The notes under the pieces: model-generated | Database searches by the model: none | The model's input: only the letters and a program-made list of their open reading frames with translations | What the model was told of the DNA's origin: nothing | Shown: piece after piece, positions 1 to 8,996 of the stretch | How positions within the stretch are numbered: position 1 is the stretch's first letter | Layout: the number at the start of each line of letters is the position of its first letter | DNA from: an uncultured Lachnoclostridium sp. | GTDB taxonomy: Bacteria; Bacillota; Clostridia; Lachnospirales; Lachnospiraceae | Assembly: GCA_937903005.1 (NCBI GenBank) | Contig: CALFNR010000144.1 | Span: 21,948-85,947 of the forward strand | Direction: 5' to 3' | DNA: 64,000 bases | Position numbers and translations under genes: made by a program

Positions 1-1
1 G

Positions 2-682
2 TTATTCATAATCGATGATAACGAAGAAGCGAAGGGAATCACGGGATTAATTGCTAATAAGCTATCAGGTCAATATCAGCAGCCTTGTATAGTAATGTGG
101 GAGAGCCCAGAGCATGGAAATTACATCGGAAGTTTAAGAGGAAATGTAAAGGTTCTAAAAGATTTCAAGCAATGGTGTACTAATACCGGATTATTTAGTT
201 TAGCACAGGGTCATCCAAATGCTGCAGGTATCATACTTCCAACAAGTAATTTAGAGCAGCTTAGAGAAATGGCTCGTAATGTGGAAGCTGAAGAGTATTG
301 CAATGATGTGGATCTTATCTATAAGGGGTTTGTAAATGTTGAAGATGTAAAAATAGTCAACAGATATAAGCACCTATGGTATGGAGGTGTTGAGGAACCT
401 TTATTCGCAGTAGAACAGATTGAAGTTCCGAAATCAGCACTGGTCCTTAATAAATCAACTATGAAGTTCTATGTAAATGGATTAACTTATATCAAATTTA
501 GAACAAGTGAGTCCGAGTTTAATTCATTAAAATATGGAAATGGATTCGATGAAACCGTCACATTAAATCTGGTTGGAAGGTTTGATATAAACACATGGAA
601 CGGTAATTGTTATCCTCAATTTGTAATTGATGATTACGAAGTGGCGGAGAAGGAAGTAAATCTATACGGCATTTTCGCTTAA
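2..682 (+). CDS. RecJ-like DHH/DHHA1 ssDNA exonuclease, C-terminal part (5' end outside window)
   Basis: Frame is open from nt 2 (LFIIDDNEEAKGITGLIANKLSG..) into tracked ORF 95..682. DHHA1-type motif AQGHPNAAGI. Confidence 0.65.
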   Translation, partial: LFIIDDNEEAKGITGLIANKLSGQYQQPCIVMWESPEHGNYIGSLRGNVKVLKDFKQWCTNTGLFSLAQGHPNAAGIILPTSNLEQLREMARNVEAEEYCNDVDLIYKGFVNVEDVKIVNRYKHLWYGGVEEPLFAVEQIEVPKSALVLNKSTMKFYVNGLTYIKFRTSESEFNSLKYGNGFDETVTLNLVGRFDINTWNGNCYPQFVIDDYEVAEKEVNLYGIFA

Positions 683-749
683 CTGTTATTATACAATACA
701 AATACAAAAGATAAAAAACGAATTTTATTTGATAAAAGGAGATAATATC

Positions 750-1097
750 ATGATTACTATTGTTACTAAGGACGCTCATTATTTATCGGAATACATTATT
801 AGGACTTCTACACCAATCAATGTTGTTACAATTGGCAGCAAGCTAGATGAATGCTCTTTTAAACTGGGTGATACAGATAAGAGCGTAGAGCATTTTGAAA
901 TGGTATTCAGAGAGCTTGGACTTTCAAAAGGCGCAGGAACAACGAAAGGACGTATTGAATTAATAGAAGGATTCCATAAGGATAACGTCGTGATGATCGC
1001 CAATCTAATAGAGCAGCTATACGATGGTTACCAGGTAGAAAATAATATTGGGCTTCTGAAAAGGAAGTTCGAAGAAATGCTGAAAGCTGGGGAATAA
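750..1097 (+). CDS. hypothetical protein
   Basis: ORF 729..1097. In-frame ATG at 750 follows AAAGGAGA; the TTG at 729 has no RBS. Confidence 0.55.
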   Translation: MITIVTKDAHYLSEYIIRTSTPINVVTIGSKLDECSFKLGDTDKSVEHFEMVFRELGLSKGAGTTKGRIELIEGFHKDNVVMIANLIEQLYDGYQVENNIGLLKRKFEEMLKAGE

Positions 1098-1120
1098 TCT
1101 CTAGCTTTTCTTTTATCTGA

Positions 1121-1157
1121 GTGTACTATCAAATTAACAATTATATAATATAAATAT
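1121..1157 (+). promoter_or_regulatory. class-A phage promoter cassette
   Basis: TGTACT-N16-TATAATATAAATAT upstream of rnhA. Confidence 0.6.
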
Positions 1158-1179
1158 GATGAATAAAAGGAGGGAACCA

Positions 1180-1650
1180 ATGAAAGAAGTAATCATATAT
1201 ACAGATGGAGGTTGCAGGGGAAACCAAAGCAAAGAGAATGTTGGGGCTTATGGAATAGTAATGATGTACACGGATCCAAAGGGAACTCTTCATAAAAAAG
1301 AGGTAAGCTGTGGATTTAGAAATGTTACAAATAATCAAATGGAGCTCAAAGCAGTAGTAGAAGCATTGAGACTTTTGAATTATCCATGTCAAGTCCAATT
1401 ATACAGCGATTCAAGATATGTATGTGACGCGATCAATAAGAAATGGTTATCTGGTTGGATAGCAAAAGGATGGATTACATCAAGTAATAAACCAGTAAAA
1501 AATCAAGAGCTTTGGGTGGAGCTATTGGCTGAATTAGGAAAGCACAAGGTTACATTCCATTGGGTGAAAGGCCATAACAACAACGAAGGAAATGAACGTT
1601 GTGATCAACTATGCAATTTAGAAATGGATTTACTTACAGGAGGAAAATAG
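1180..1650 (+). CDS. rnhA: ribonuclease HI
   Basis: [26 protein letters not shown] and [16 protein letters not shown] match RNase H catalytic motifs. ATG 1180 follows AAAGGAGGG; ATG 1156 lies inside the promoter motif. Confidence 0.9.
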   Translation: MKEVIIYTDGGCRGNQSKENVGAYGIVMMYTDPKGTLHKKEVSCGFRNVTNNQMELKAVVEALRLLNYPCQVQLYSDSRYVCDAINKKWLSGWIAKGWITSSNKPVKNQELWVELLAELGKHKVTFHWVKGHNNNEGNERCDQLCNLEMDLLTGGK

Positions 1651-1651
1651 C

Positions 1652-2926
1652 ATGAATACAGTTTTTGAGGTTGTAAATAAATTAAGAGCTACAAATTCAA
1701 ATAAGGAGAAAGCTGTAATATTAGCAGCCAACAAAGAAAATGAATTATTAAGGGACGTTCTGGAATACACATACGACCCTTTTAAAAGATATGGTATAAG
1801 TGAAAAGAATATGGACAAATTAATGGATTCAGTAGAGGTTGAGGACCTACCTTCTAGTCTGGAGTTATTCGAGTTTCTTGATTTGTTATCAGTAAGCAAT
1901 TCAAATGATAGTCTAAAGAGACAGATTTGCGCATATGTGAAGTTTAATAAATACAGTGAGTTAGTCAAAGGTATATTCCTGAAAGACCTTAAAATAGGCG
2001 TTTCGGCTACTACGATAAATAAGGTATGGAAAGGATTAGTTCCTAAGTTTGAAGTACAGCTTGCAAAGAAATATTCAGATGTAAAATTGGAACCAGAGGA
2101 ATTAGTATTTGTAACGGAAAAGCTAGACGGAATCAGATGTGTAGCAATCAAGTCAGATAATGAAGTCAAATTCTTCACCAGACAAGGAAAAGAAATTTTC
2201 GGTTTAAATGATATCTGCAGAGATTTAGTTGAAATCATGGGAGATAAGATGGTGTACGATGGAGAGCTACTAGCAATCAATGAAAACGAGCTCAATAGTG
2301 GTGATTTATATAGAAAAACGACATCTATCGTGAATAGCAAATCGGAAGATAAGAAAGGTGTAATCTTCCACGTATTCGATATGCTATCATTGGAAGATTT
2401 CCAAATGGGGTGCAGCACGAATTTATATGCTGATAGAAAAATGATGTTGAATTTACAAATCATGATGATGGATCCAGAATGGGTTTCTGCTGTTCCGGTT
2501 TTATATTGGGGGACAGACCACTCGAAAATACCAGAAATCTTAGCTCAAGTAGAGAGCCAAGATAAGGAAGGTATAATGGTAAATAGAAATATGCCATATG
2601 AATGTAAGCGCACCAAAAGTCTACTAAAAGTAAAAACCATGAACACTTGTGACTTAGAGGTTATCGGATATAAAGAAGGTACCGGAAGAAATAAAGGCCG
2701 ATTAGGGTCATTAGTCGTTTCTTACAAAAATAATCAAGTGGACGTCGGTTCAGGATTTTCCGACGACCAGAGGGGGATATACTGGGAGCAAAGAGAGTCT
2801 TTAATTGGAAGAGTTATCGAGGTTCAGTATTTTGAAGAAAGCAGCAATGAAAAAGGGGAGTTTAGTTTAAGGTTTCCAATATTCAAAGAGGTAAGAGAGC
2901 TAGGAAAAGAAGTTTCTTATAACTAG
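1652..2926 (+). CDS. ATP-dependent DNA ligase
   Basis: Adenylation motif KLDGIRC, 424 aa, GGAGG RBS. Confidence 0.85.
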   Translation: MNTVFEVVNKLRATNSNKEKAVILAANKENELLRDVLEYTYDPFKRYGISEKNMDKLMDSVEVEDLPSSLELFEFLDLLSVSNSNDSLKRQICAYVKFNKYSELVKGIFLKDLKIGVSATTINKVWKGLVPKFEVQLAKKYSDVKLEPEELVFVTEKLDGIRCVAIKSDNEVKFFTRQGKEIFGLNDICRDLVEIMGDKMVYDGELLAINENELNSGDLYRKTTSIVNSKSEDKKGVIFHVFDMLSLEDFQMGCSTNLYADRKMMLNLQIMMMDPEWVSAVPVLYWGTDHSKIPEILAQVESQDKEGIMVNRNMPYECKRTKSLLKVKTMNTCDLEVIGYKEGTGRNKGRLGSLVVSYKNNQVDVGSGFSDDQRGIYWEQRESLIGRVIEVQYFEESSNEKGEFSLRFPIFKEVRELGKEVSYN

Positions 2927-2961
2927 ATTAAATCGACAATATAAATATAAAGGAGAAATAT

Positions 2962-3210
2962 ATGTATAGCAGAGAAGAATTAATGGAACAAGATTTAGAA
3001 GCATTGGTTGAAATGGTATTACAAAAAGATGAAGAGACCAAAGCGGCCAATGAACAGCAACAGAATTTACTCAATCAATACAACCAGGAATTAATGAGGT
3101 TATCTAATCAGCTAAACCAATATAAAGAAGAGAATATTGTTCTTCTAAGAAAAGTGGTAGCTTACCAGGATCGTGACCTTCAAATGTTATTACAAGAGAA
3201 ACAGGCTTAG
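2962..3210 (+). CDS. hypothetical coiled-coil protein
   Basis: 82-aa ORF with AAGGAGA RBS, Q/E/L-rich heptad-like sequence, followed by a terminator. Confidence 0.55.
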   Translation: MYSREELMEQDLEALVEMVLQKDEETKAANEQQQNLLNQYNQELMRLSNQLNQYKEENIVLLRKVVAYQDRDLQMLLQEKQA

Positions 3211-3222
3211 TCCTGTTTTTTT
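3199..3222 (+). terminator. rho-independent terminator
   Basis: AACAGG-cttagt-CCTGTT plus a T-run. Confidence 0.7.
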
Positions 3223-3233
3223 ATTACGTCGAG

Positions 3234-3269
3234 TTTACCATGAGATACACAATTATATAATATAAATAT
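3234..3269 (+). promoter_or_regulatory. class-A phage promoter cassette
   Basis: TTTACC-N16-TATAATATAAATAT after terminator 3199-3222. Confidence 0.65.
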
Positions 3270-3295
3270 GAAAGATAACATAAAGGAGAAAAGAC

Positions 3296-5224
3296 ATGAG
3301 TAAAGACACAATTAAGCAATTAGATACTAGACAACAATGTAGAGAGAAATTACCTATTTTCTTTGGTAGTAGAGACAATTTCATTCATGGTGCGAAAGAG
3401 GTTATCGCAAATGCAATCGATGAAATAACTAATAACTTTTCAAGTGGAGAAATCGAGGTCAGATTATTTGAGGATAATAGGACAGTTCAAGTAAAAGATA
3501 CAGGTCGCGGAGTTCCGATTGATGGGAAAACAGGAGATAAGCCCAATTACGTATTATTATTTGAGACGTTATTCGCAGGTACAAACTACGACAATAATGA
3601 GAATAACAAAATTGCAGTTGGGACCAATGGCTGCGGTACTTGCGTTTTAAACCATACATCTAAACTATTCAAGGTTACCTCTTCAAGAAATGGTGTAATT
3701 CATGAAGTATGTTATGAAGATGGTGGACGTTTCAAAGGATTTTCCAAAGTAGGGGAATGTGATCAGAGTTATTCAATCTTTGAGTTTAGACTAGATGAAG
3801 AAGTCTATACGAATGTGGTTTACAACCCTGCAGAGCTAAGAGAAATCTGTAAATACAATTCGGCAGTTAATAACAAAGTTACGATTACATTCTTATATGG
3901 TGATGAAGAAAACAGATTCCATTATGACAGTATAGAAGAGTATTTCGATGAAATCACATCTAGCTTAACGGCTAAAAAGGTTCTTGGTAATGAAAAAGAA
4001 TTTAATGATGTTGTTGAAGTCCACGAAGGCGTTGCAGTTGCAGAGAGAAATATCGTAAGCCTGGTACTTTCAACTTCTGGCGAGCCAGTACAGCAAACGT
4101 TCTTAAATTCCAATTATCTACCTAACAATGGCTCAATCTATGATGGAGTAGTAGCTGGTGCAAGATTAGCAGTAAACAAATATTGTAAGGATAATAAGCT
4201 GCTAGATAAAAAGATTGGAGCTATCACAAAGGAAGATATAGAAGAAAGTATTTCTTTTGTGTGTTCAGTTCTAAGTACCAATGTTGAGTATGAAAACCAG
4301 ATTAAATTATCTACTCAAAAGAAACTTTATAAGACAGTTGCACAGGAATATGTAAAAGAGCTATTAGAGGTCATGATGATAGAACAGCCAAAAGAGTTTG
4401 AGAAGATTGTTAAGCATATTCTTGAAGTCCAAAAATTTAACAGTAAGGCACAAGCCAATAAAAAGGCCTTAAAGAAGAAACTATCAGAAAAAATTGATAA
4501 CATTTCAAATAGAGTAGAGGGCTTGGTTGATTGCAAGTTGCAAGGGCAAGATTCCGAGTTATTTATCGCGGAAGGGAGATCGGCGCTTGGCTCTATCGTA
4601 TTAGCGAGAAATCCACGTAATCAAGCAGCGATACCAATCAGAGGAAAAATCCTAAACTGTTTAAAGGCGGACTATGACACGATATTTAAGAACGAGATTA
4701 TATCTGATCTAGTAAAGACTCTTGGCTGCGGAATTGAAACAGATAAGAAGAATAAAGAGCTTGGGACTTTCGATATTAATAATCTTAGATACGGAAAAGT
4801 TTTACTTGCAACAGATATGGATTCAGATGGCTATAATATTCAATGCTTATTACTTACAATGTTCTATCGATTAATGCCAACATTGATTTATGAAGGAAGA
4901 ATATATCTTGTAAAAACCCCATTATATGAAGTGAAAATGAAGAATGGCGACGTGATCTACTGGTTTAGTGAGACAGAAAAAGAAGAGGCGATGGCCAGAG
5001 GATTGGAAATCAAGAGCATTGCACGTGCAAAGGGACTTGGTGAACTTGACGCAGAAGTAATGAGCCAGACGGGCGTTCACCCTGATACCAGAAACGTTGT
5101 TCAGGTTACTGTTGACGATGTAAAGGAAATGCAAGAAGCATTTAGAATTTGGATGGATACGGAAGTTACAGACCGTAAGAAGATTGTTGAAACAGAGCTT
5201 CACAAGTATGAATTAATCGATTAG
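3296..5224 (+). CDS. type IIA DNA topoisomerase, ATPase/TOPRIM subunit (GyrB/ParE-like)
   Basis: GHKL N-terminus (VIANAIDE, DTGRGVP). TOPRIM motifs ELFIAEGRSALGS and LLATDMDSDG. Confidence 0.9.
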   Translation: MSKDTIKQLDTRQQCREKLPIFFGSRDNFIHGAKEVIANAIDEITNNFSSGEIEVRLFEDNRTVQVKDTGRGVPIDGKTGDKPNYVLLFETLFAGTNYDNNENNKIAVGTNGCGTCVLNHTSKLFKVTSSRNGVIHEVCYEDGGRFKGFSKVGECDQSYSIFEFRLDEEVYTNVVYNPAELREICKYNSAVNNKVTITFLYGDEENRFHYDSIEEYFDEITSSLTAKKVLGNEKEFNDVVEVHEGVAVAERNIVSLVLSTSGEPVQQTFLNSNYLPNNGSIYDGVVAGARLAVNKYCKDNKLLDKKIGAITKEDIEESISFVCSVLSTNVEYENQIKLSTQKKLYKTVAQEYVKELLEVMMIEQPKEFEKIVKHILEVQKFNSKAQANKKALKKKLSEKIDNISNRVEGLVDCKLQGQDSELFIAEGRSALGSIVLARNPRNQAAIPIRGKILNCLKADYDTIFKNEIISDLVKTLGCGIETDKKNKELGTFDINNLRYGKVLLATDMDSDGYNIQCLLLTMFYRLMPTLIYEGRIYLVKTPLYEVKMKNGDVIYWFSETEKEEAMARGLEIKSIARAKGLGELDAEVMSQTGVHPDTRNVVQVTVDDVKEMQEAFRIWMDTEVTDRKKIVETELHKYELID

Positions 5225-5230
5225 GAAAAG

Positions 5231-5266
5231 TTTACTATGTTATTAGCTATTATATAATATAAATAT
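5231..5266 (+). promoter_or_regulatory. class-A phage promoter cassette
   Basis: TTTACT-N16-TATAATATAAATAT. Confidence 0.65.
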
Positions 5267-5298
5267 AATAGCGAATAAAGATTTCAAAGGAGAAAGAT

Positions 5299-7296
5299 AT
5301 GAGTATTAATATAGAAAAAGTAATTAAAGAGAACAGTTTAGAATATGCCAATTATGTAATCAAGAATCGTGCCATCTGTGATGTAAGAGACGGTATGAAA
5401 CCAGTACACCGAAGAATCTTATATACAATGCACCTTATGAAAGCATATGGATTTACAAAATCTCAAAATATATCAGGACAAGTTACAAGGCTTCATCCAC
5501 ACGGAGACACGTATGGAACTATGGTTACCATGGTACAAAAGGATGGAAACCTAACTCCTTATATAGAAGGTAAGGGAAACTTCTCACAGCATACGTCCAG
5601 AGACTTGCAGGCTGGCGCAAGTAGATATACAGAAGCCCGCTTATCAGAAATGGCCAAGGATATATTTAAGGATCTTGATAAGAAAACAGTCAATTTTGTT
5701 CCGAACTTTGATGGAGCAATAATGATGCCTGAAGTATTGCCAGTTAAGTTCCCTGCAGTTCTTCACTATGCACAAGAAGGTATTGCATATTCAATGTCAT
5801 CAAGAATACCAAGTTTCAATCTGAATGAATTAAGCGAAGCAATCATCAAATATATTCAAACTGGTGAGAAAACAATCCTGGTACCTGATTTTGCAACTGG
5901 TGCATATATCGTTGAGAATCCAACTATGTTTGAAAAAATCAATATGGAAGGGCTAGGCTCAGTAAGATTAAGAGCAAAAGCTGAAATCAATAAGAACATA
6001 ATTTCAGTAACAGAAATTCCGTATTCCACAACAAGAGAAGCAATCGTTGATAAGATTATTGACCTGATTAAGAGTGGCAAAATAAAGGATATTACAGATG
6101 TAAAGGATTTAACCGGGTTACATGGTATGGAAATCGAAATCACTTGTAAGAAGAGTGCCGATATGGAAATGCTGCTTGAACAGTTATATCAAAATACTCC
6201 AATGGAATCTTCTTATAGTTGCAATATGAATGTGATCAGTACAAATGGATTGCCGCAGGTCCTTGGTGTTTGGGGAATAATTGATGAATGGCTAGAATGG
6301 AGAAGAGGTTGCATTAAGATTGGTTTATCTAATGAAATACTTGTATTAAATAAGAAGCTTCATCTTTTAAAAGGTTTGGAAAAAGTCCTTTTAGATATTG
6401 ATAAGGCGATTGAAATAATAAGATTAAGTCCTGAAAGTCAGATTAATTCTAACCTTATTGCATACTTTGGATTAGACACAACACAAGCTGAATATATTTC
6501 TAATATGAAGTTGAGAAATATCAATAAGGATTATATCGTAAAACAAATCAAAGATATTCATGATTTGGAAAAGACGAGAGACGATCTGCAGCTTAAAATG
6601 TCAGATGAAAAAGCCATAAACGAAATTGTGTGTAATGATTTAAGAGAAGTATCTTCTAAGTATGGAAAAGTGAGAAGAACTAAACCGCTTCAAATCAATG
6701 AAAAGGCGAAAGAAACCATTTCGAGAGCTAAGAAAGAGGCACCTGATTACAAGGTAAGATTAGTCGTAACAAAAGATGGTTACGCTAAGAAATTAAGTAC
6801 CGCTTCCAGAGCAGAGCAAAAGCTAAAAGAAGGCGATGAAATTGTCGCAGAGTTCGAGACTAATAATAGGAATGAGCTTGTAGTATTCCATGGAACAGAC
6901 GCATATAAAGTTAAGATTGATTCATTATCAGATAGCAAACCAACAAGTCTAGGCGATTATCTTCCTTCTATACTTGGAATAGATAAGGTACTTGGATATA
7001 CGATTGTTGATGATAATTACAAATATACATTAATTCAATACAGCAATGGAAAAATTGCTAAGATAAGCAATGAATCATATTATACGGAAACTTCAAGAAA
7101 GAAACTGGCGAACAGTTTATGTAAGGGGTTAGATGTAATCAAGGTAATTGCAATCGAAGATGATGTTGACCTTCTTCTTTCTAATACCAAAGGAAAGACA
7201 ACCGAAAAGAATACCGCAGAGCTTCAAGCTAAAAAGTCAAGAGCAACACAAGGTGTCGTTGTCATTAGAAATCTTGCTGAAATGAAGTTACTGTAA
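5299..7296 (+). CDS. type IIA DNA topoisomerase, DNA-cleavage subunit (GyrA/ParC-like)
   Basis: RAICDVRDGMKPVHRRILY and active-site Tyr context GASRYTEARLS. Directly follows the B-like subunit. Confidence 0.9.
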   Translation: MSINIEKVIKENSLEYANYVIKNRAICDVRDGMKPVHRRILYTMHLMKAYGFTKSQNISGQVTRLHPHGDTYGTMVTMVQKDGNLTPYIEGKGNFSQHTSRDLQAGASRYTEARLSEMAKDIFKDLDKKTVNFVPNFDGAIMMPEVLPVKFPAVLHYAQEGIAYSMSSRIPSFNLNELSEAIIKYIQTGEKTILVPDFATGAYIVENPTMFEKINMEGLGSVRLRAKAEINKNIISVTEIPYSTTREAIVDKIIDLIKSGKIKDITDVKDLTGLHGMEIEITCKKSADMEMLLEQLYQNTPMESSYSCNMNVISTNGLPQVLGVWGIIDEWLEWRRGCIKIGLSNEILVLNKKLHLLKGLEKVLLDIDKAIEIIRLSPESQINSNLIAYFGLDTTQAEYISNMKLRNINKDYIVKQIKDIHDLEKTRDDLQLKMSDEKAINEIVCNDLREVSSKYGKVRRTKPLQINEKAKETISRAKKEAPDYKVRLVVTKDGYAKKLSTASRAEQKLKEGDEIVAEFETNNRNELVVFHGTDAYKVKIDSLSDSKPTSLGDYLPSILGIDKVLGYTIVDDNYKYTLIQYSNGKIAKISNESYYTETSRKKLANSLCKGLDVIKVIAIEDDVDLLLSNTKGKTTEKNTAELQAKKSRATQGVVVIRNLAEMKLL

Positions 7297-7303
7297 AAAT
7301 AGG

Positions 7304-7329
7304 GGTGCGAGCAATGCTCGTGCCTTTTT
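7304..7329 (+). terminator. rho-independent terminator after the topoisomerase genes
   Basis: GGTGCGAGC-aat-GCTCGTGCC plus TTTTT. Confidence 0.7.
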
Positions 7330-7382
7330 CATACTATTATAATAAGAAGAAACTCGTTTGTTGGTCTCAAAACTTAAAAGAA

Positions 7383-7411
7383 TTGACACCGATTCCAGAA
7401 TCCAGTAAAAT
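7383..7411 (+). promoter_or_regulatory. sigma-A-type promoter of the serine recombinase gene
   Basis: TTGACA-N17-TAAAAT. Confidence 0.55.
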
Positions 7412-7431
7412 AGGCATATAGAGCGGTGTCA
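7384..7431. repeat. 8-bp perfect inverted repeat bracketing the recombinase promoter
   Basis: TGACACCG (7384-7391) and CGGTGTCA (7424-7431). Confidence 0.6.
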
Positions 7432-7464
7432 TAACTTATGTTCAAAAGTAAAGGAGATTTTGAG

Positions 7465-8037
7465 GTGATTTACGGGTATTTAAGGGTTTCAACAAAGGGG
7501 CAGTTGGATGGAAATTCCATCGAGGACCAAACACAAGAGATTTTGAAAAAATATGATAATGCAACACTGATAACAGAAAGTTATAGTGCTGCTAAAGAGA
7601 GACCAATCTTCAATGACCTGATAGAAAAATTACAACCAGGTGATTTGTTGGTAGTTACTAAGTTAGATCGTTTCTGCAGAACAACTAAAGAAGGGTTAGA
7701 CTATATCGATATGCTTATGAATAAAGGTGTCTATATACATATCTTAAATATGGGATTGATAGAAGATACCCCGATGGGAAGACTGATTGTAACTAACCTA
7801 CTAGCGTTTGCTGAATTTGAGAGAGCAATGATCATCGAGAGGACCCAAAGTGGCAAAGCAATCGCAAGACTGAAACCGGACTTTAGAGAAGGACGACCAA
7901 AGAAATTTGGCAGAGCTCAAATAGAGCACGCACTAGAATTGCTTGAAGATAATTCATATACAAGAGTTGCTGAATTAACCGGAATTAGTAAGAGCACTTT
8001 AATAAGGGCAAGAAATAACAAGTTGGCGGCCGGATAA
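7465..8037 (+). CDS. small serine recombinase (resolvase/invertase family)
   Basis: [12 protein letters not shown] catalytic-Ser motif and C-terminal HTH ([18 protein letters not shown]). GTG 7465 after AAGGAG gives the canonical N-terminus; the tracked ATG is 7438. Confidence 0.85.
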   Translation: MIYGYLRVSTKGQLDGNSIEDQTQEILKKYDNATLITESYSAAKERPIFNDLIEKLQPGDLLVVTKLDRFCRTTKEGLDYIDMLMNKGVYIHILNMGLIEDTPMGRLIVTNLLAFAEFERAMIIERTQSGKAIARLKPDFREGRPKKFGRAQIEHALELLEDNSYTRVAELTGISKSTLIRARNNKLAAG

Positions 8038-8080
8038 TTGGCTGCTGATTTCTATTATATAGAAAGAACATTCTTACTGT

Positions 8081-8148
8081 AATTTACCGTAAAGTTTTTC
8101 TAAAAAAACTATGTACGAAACTCGACAATTAATATATAATATAAATAT
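8081..8148 (+). promoter_or_regulatory. class-B promoter (distal AWTTACCG box plus cassette core)
   Basis: AATTTACCGT lies 54 nt upstream of TATAATATAAATAT (-10 at 8135). Confidence 0.5.
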
Positions 8149-8191
8149 AACGAACAACAAATTACTTTTATTTGAAAGAGGATATAGAGAA

Positions 8192-8677
8192 ATGAATTAT
8201 TTAGAAATGAGCAAAACAGAATTTAACAACACAATAACTGAAATGACAGTACCACAACTTAGAGAAGTTGCAAAAGAACTTGATATTGAAATCAAAGGTG
8301 TGAGAAGAATTGATATTTCGCAAGACCTTTTCAAAGGTTGGGAGAAAGTGAGATTTTCTCAAAAAGACGAAGCACAAGAAAATGAAGGTCAGGTAAGAAA
8401 CTTCGTTAAAAGAGATTATGATTACACTCCAAGACCATCGCAAGTGTATATTGATGAAGCTTTAGAATATGAAGTAATCAATCTTCTAATGGATGAGGAC
8501 CCAGACTCAGGTAAGAAGTTCCTGAGTAGATCTGATTTAATTTTAGTATTCACGGTTTGGAAAACTCTTGATAATTTCTTAGAAGAATACAAAAGGGAGT
8601 TAAGAGAGCTTAGGGACAACAAAGGGTACAAGATTTACTTAAAACCCCATTGGTACTTAAAATCTAAGATTGATTAA
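8192..8677 (+). CDS. hypothetical protein with SAP/Rho-N-like N-terminal helix pair
   Basis: ATG 8192 has an RBS (AGAGGA); tracked ATG 8111 lies inside the promoter. N-terminus resembles that of the ORF at 30812. Confidence 0.55.
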   Translation: MNYLEMSKTEFNNTITEMTVPQLREVAKELDIEIKGVRRIDISQDLFKGWEKVRFSQKDEAQENEGQVRNFVKRDYDYTPRPSQVYIDEALEYEVINLLMDEDPDSGKKFLSRSDLILVFTVWKTLDNFLEEYKRELRELRDNKGYKIYLKPHWYLKSKID

Positions 8678-8685
8678 TCACCATA

Positions 8686-8752
8686 AATTACCGCGTGTTT
8701 TTGAAAAATTACCCATTTACGAACAATCAAAGACACGCTATAATATAAATAT
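8686..8752 (+). promoter_or_regulatory. class-B promoter
   Basis: AATTACCGCG lies 53 nt upstream of GCTATAATATAAATAT (-10 at 8739). Confidence 0.5.
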
Positions 8753-8764
8753 AAAGGAGAACAA

Positions 8765-8983
8765 ATGATGTTTAAAAACATAGGAACCCTTGAAGATAAA
8801 GGGAAATACCGAATAGGAAGTGTACATCAGACCTTTAAAGGACAACTTGTTATTACTCGAAGATTTATTGAGAATGGGATTCCGATGGTGGAATATGCAA
8901 TGAACGGAAGGCTGTTCATTAATACCATTTCAAATGTAACGAGTAATATAAGTAAGTTCAACAAATCAAAAAAACAGAAATAG
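8765..8983 (+). CDS. small protein consisting of a ~55-aa phage-specific domain
   Basis: KYRIGSVHQTFKGQLVITRRFIENGIPMVEY..NVTSNISKF aligns by eye with the N-terminus of the ORF at 29377 and the C-terminus of the ORF at 30812. Confidence 0.6.
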   Translation: MMFKNIGTLEDKGKYRIGSVHQTFKGQLVITRRFIENGIPMVEYAMNGRLFINTISNVTSNISKFNKSKKQK

Positions 8984-8996
8984 AGGAAACAGAAAC

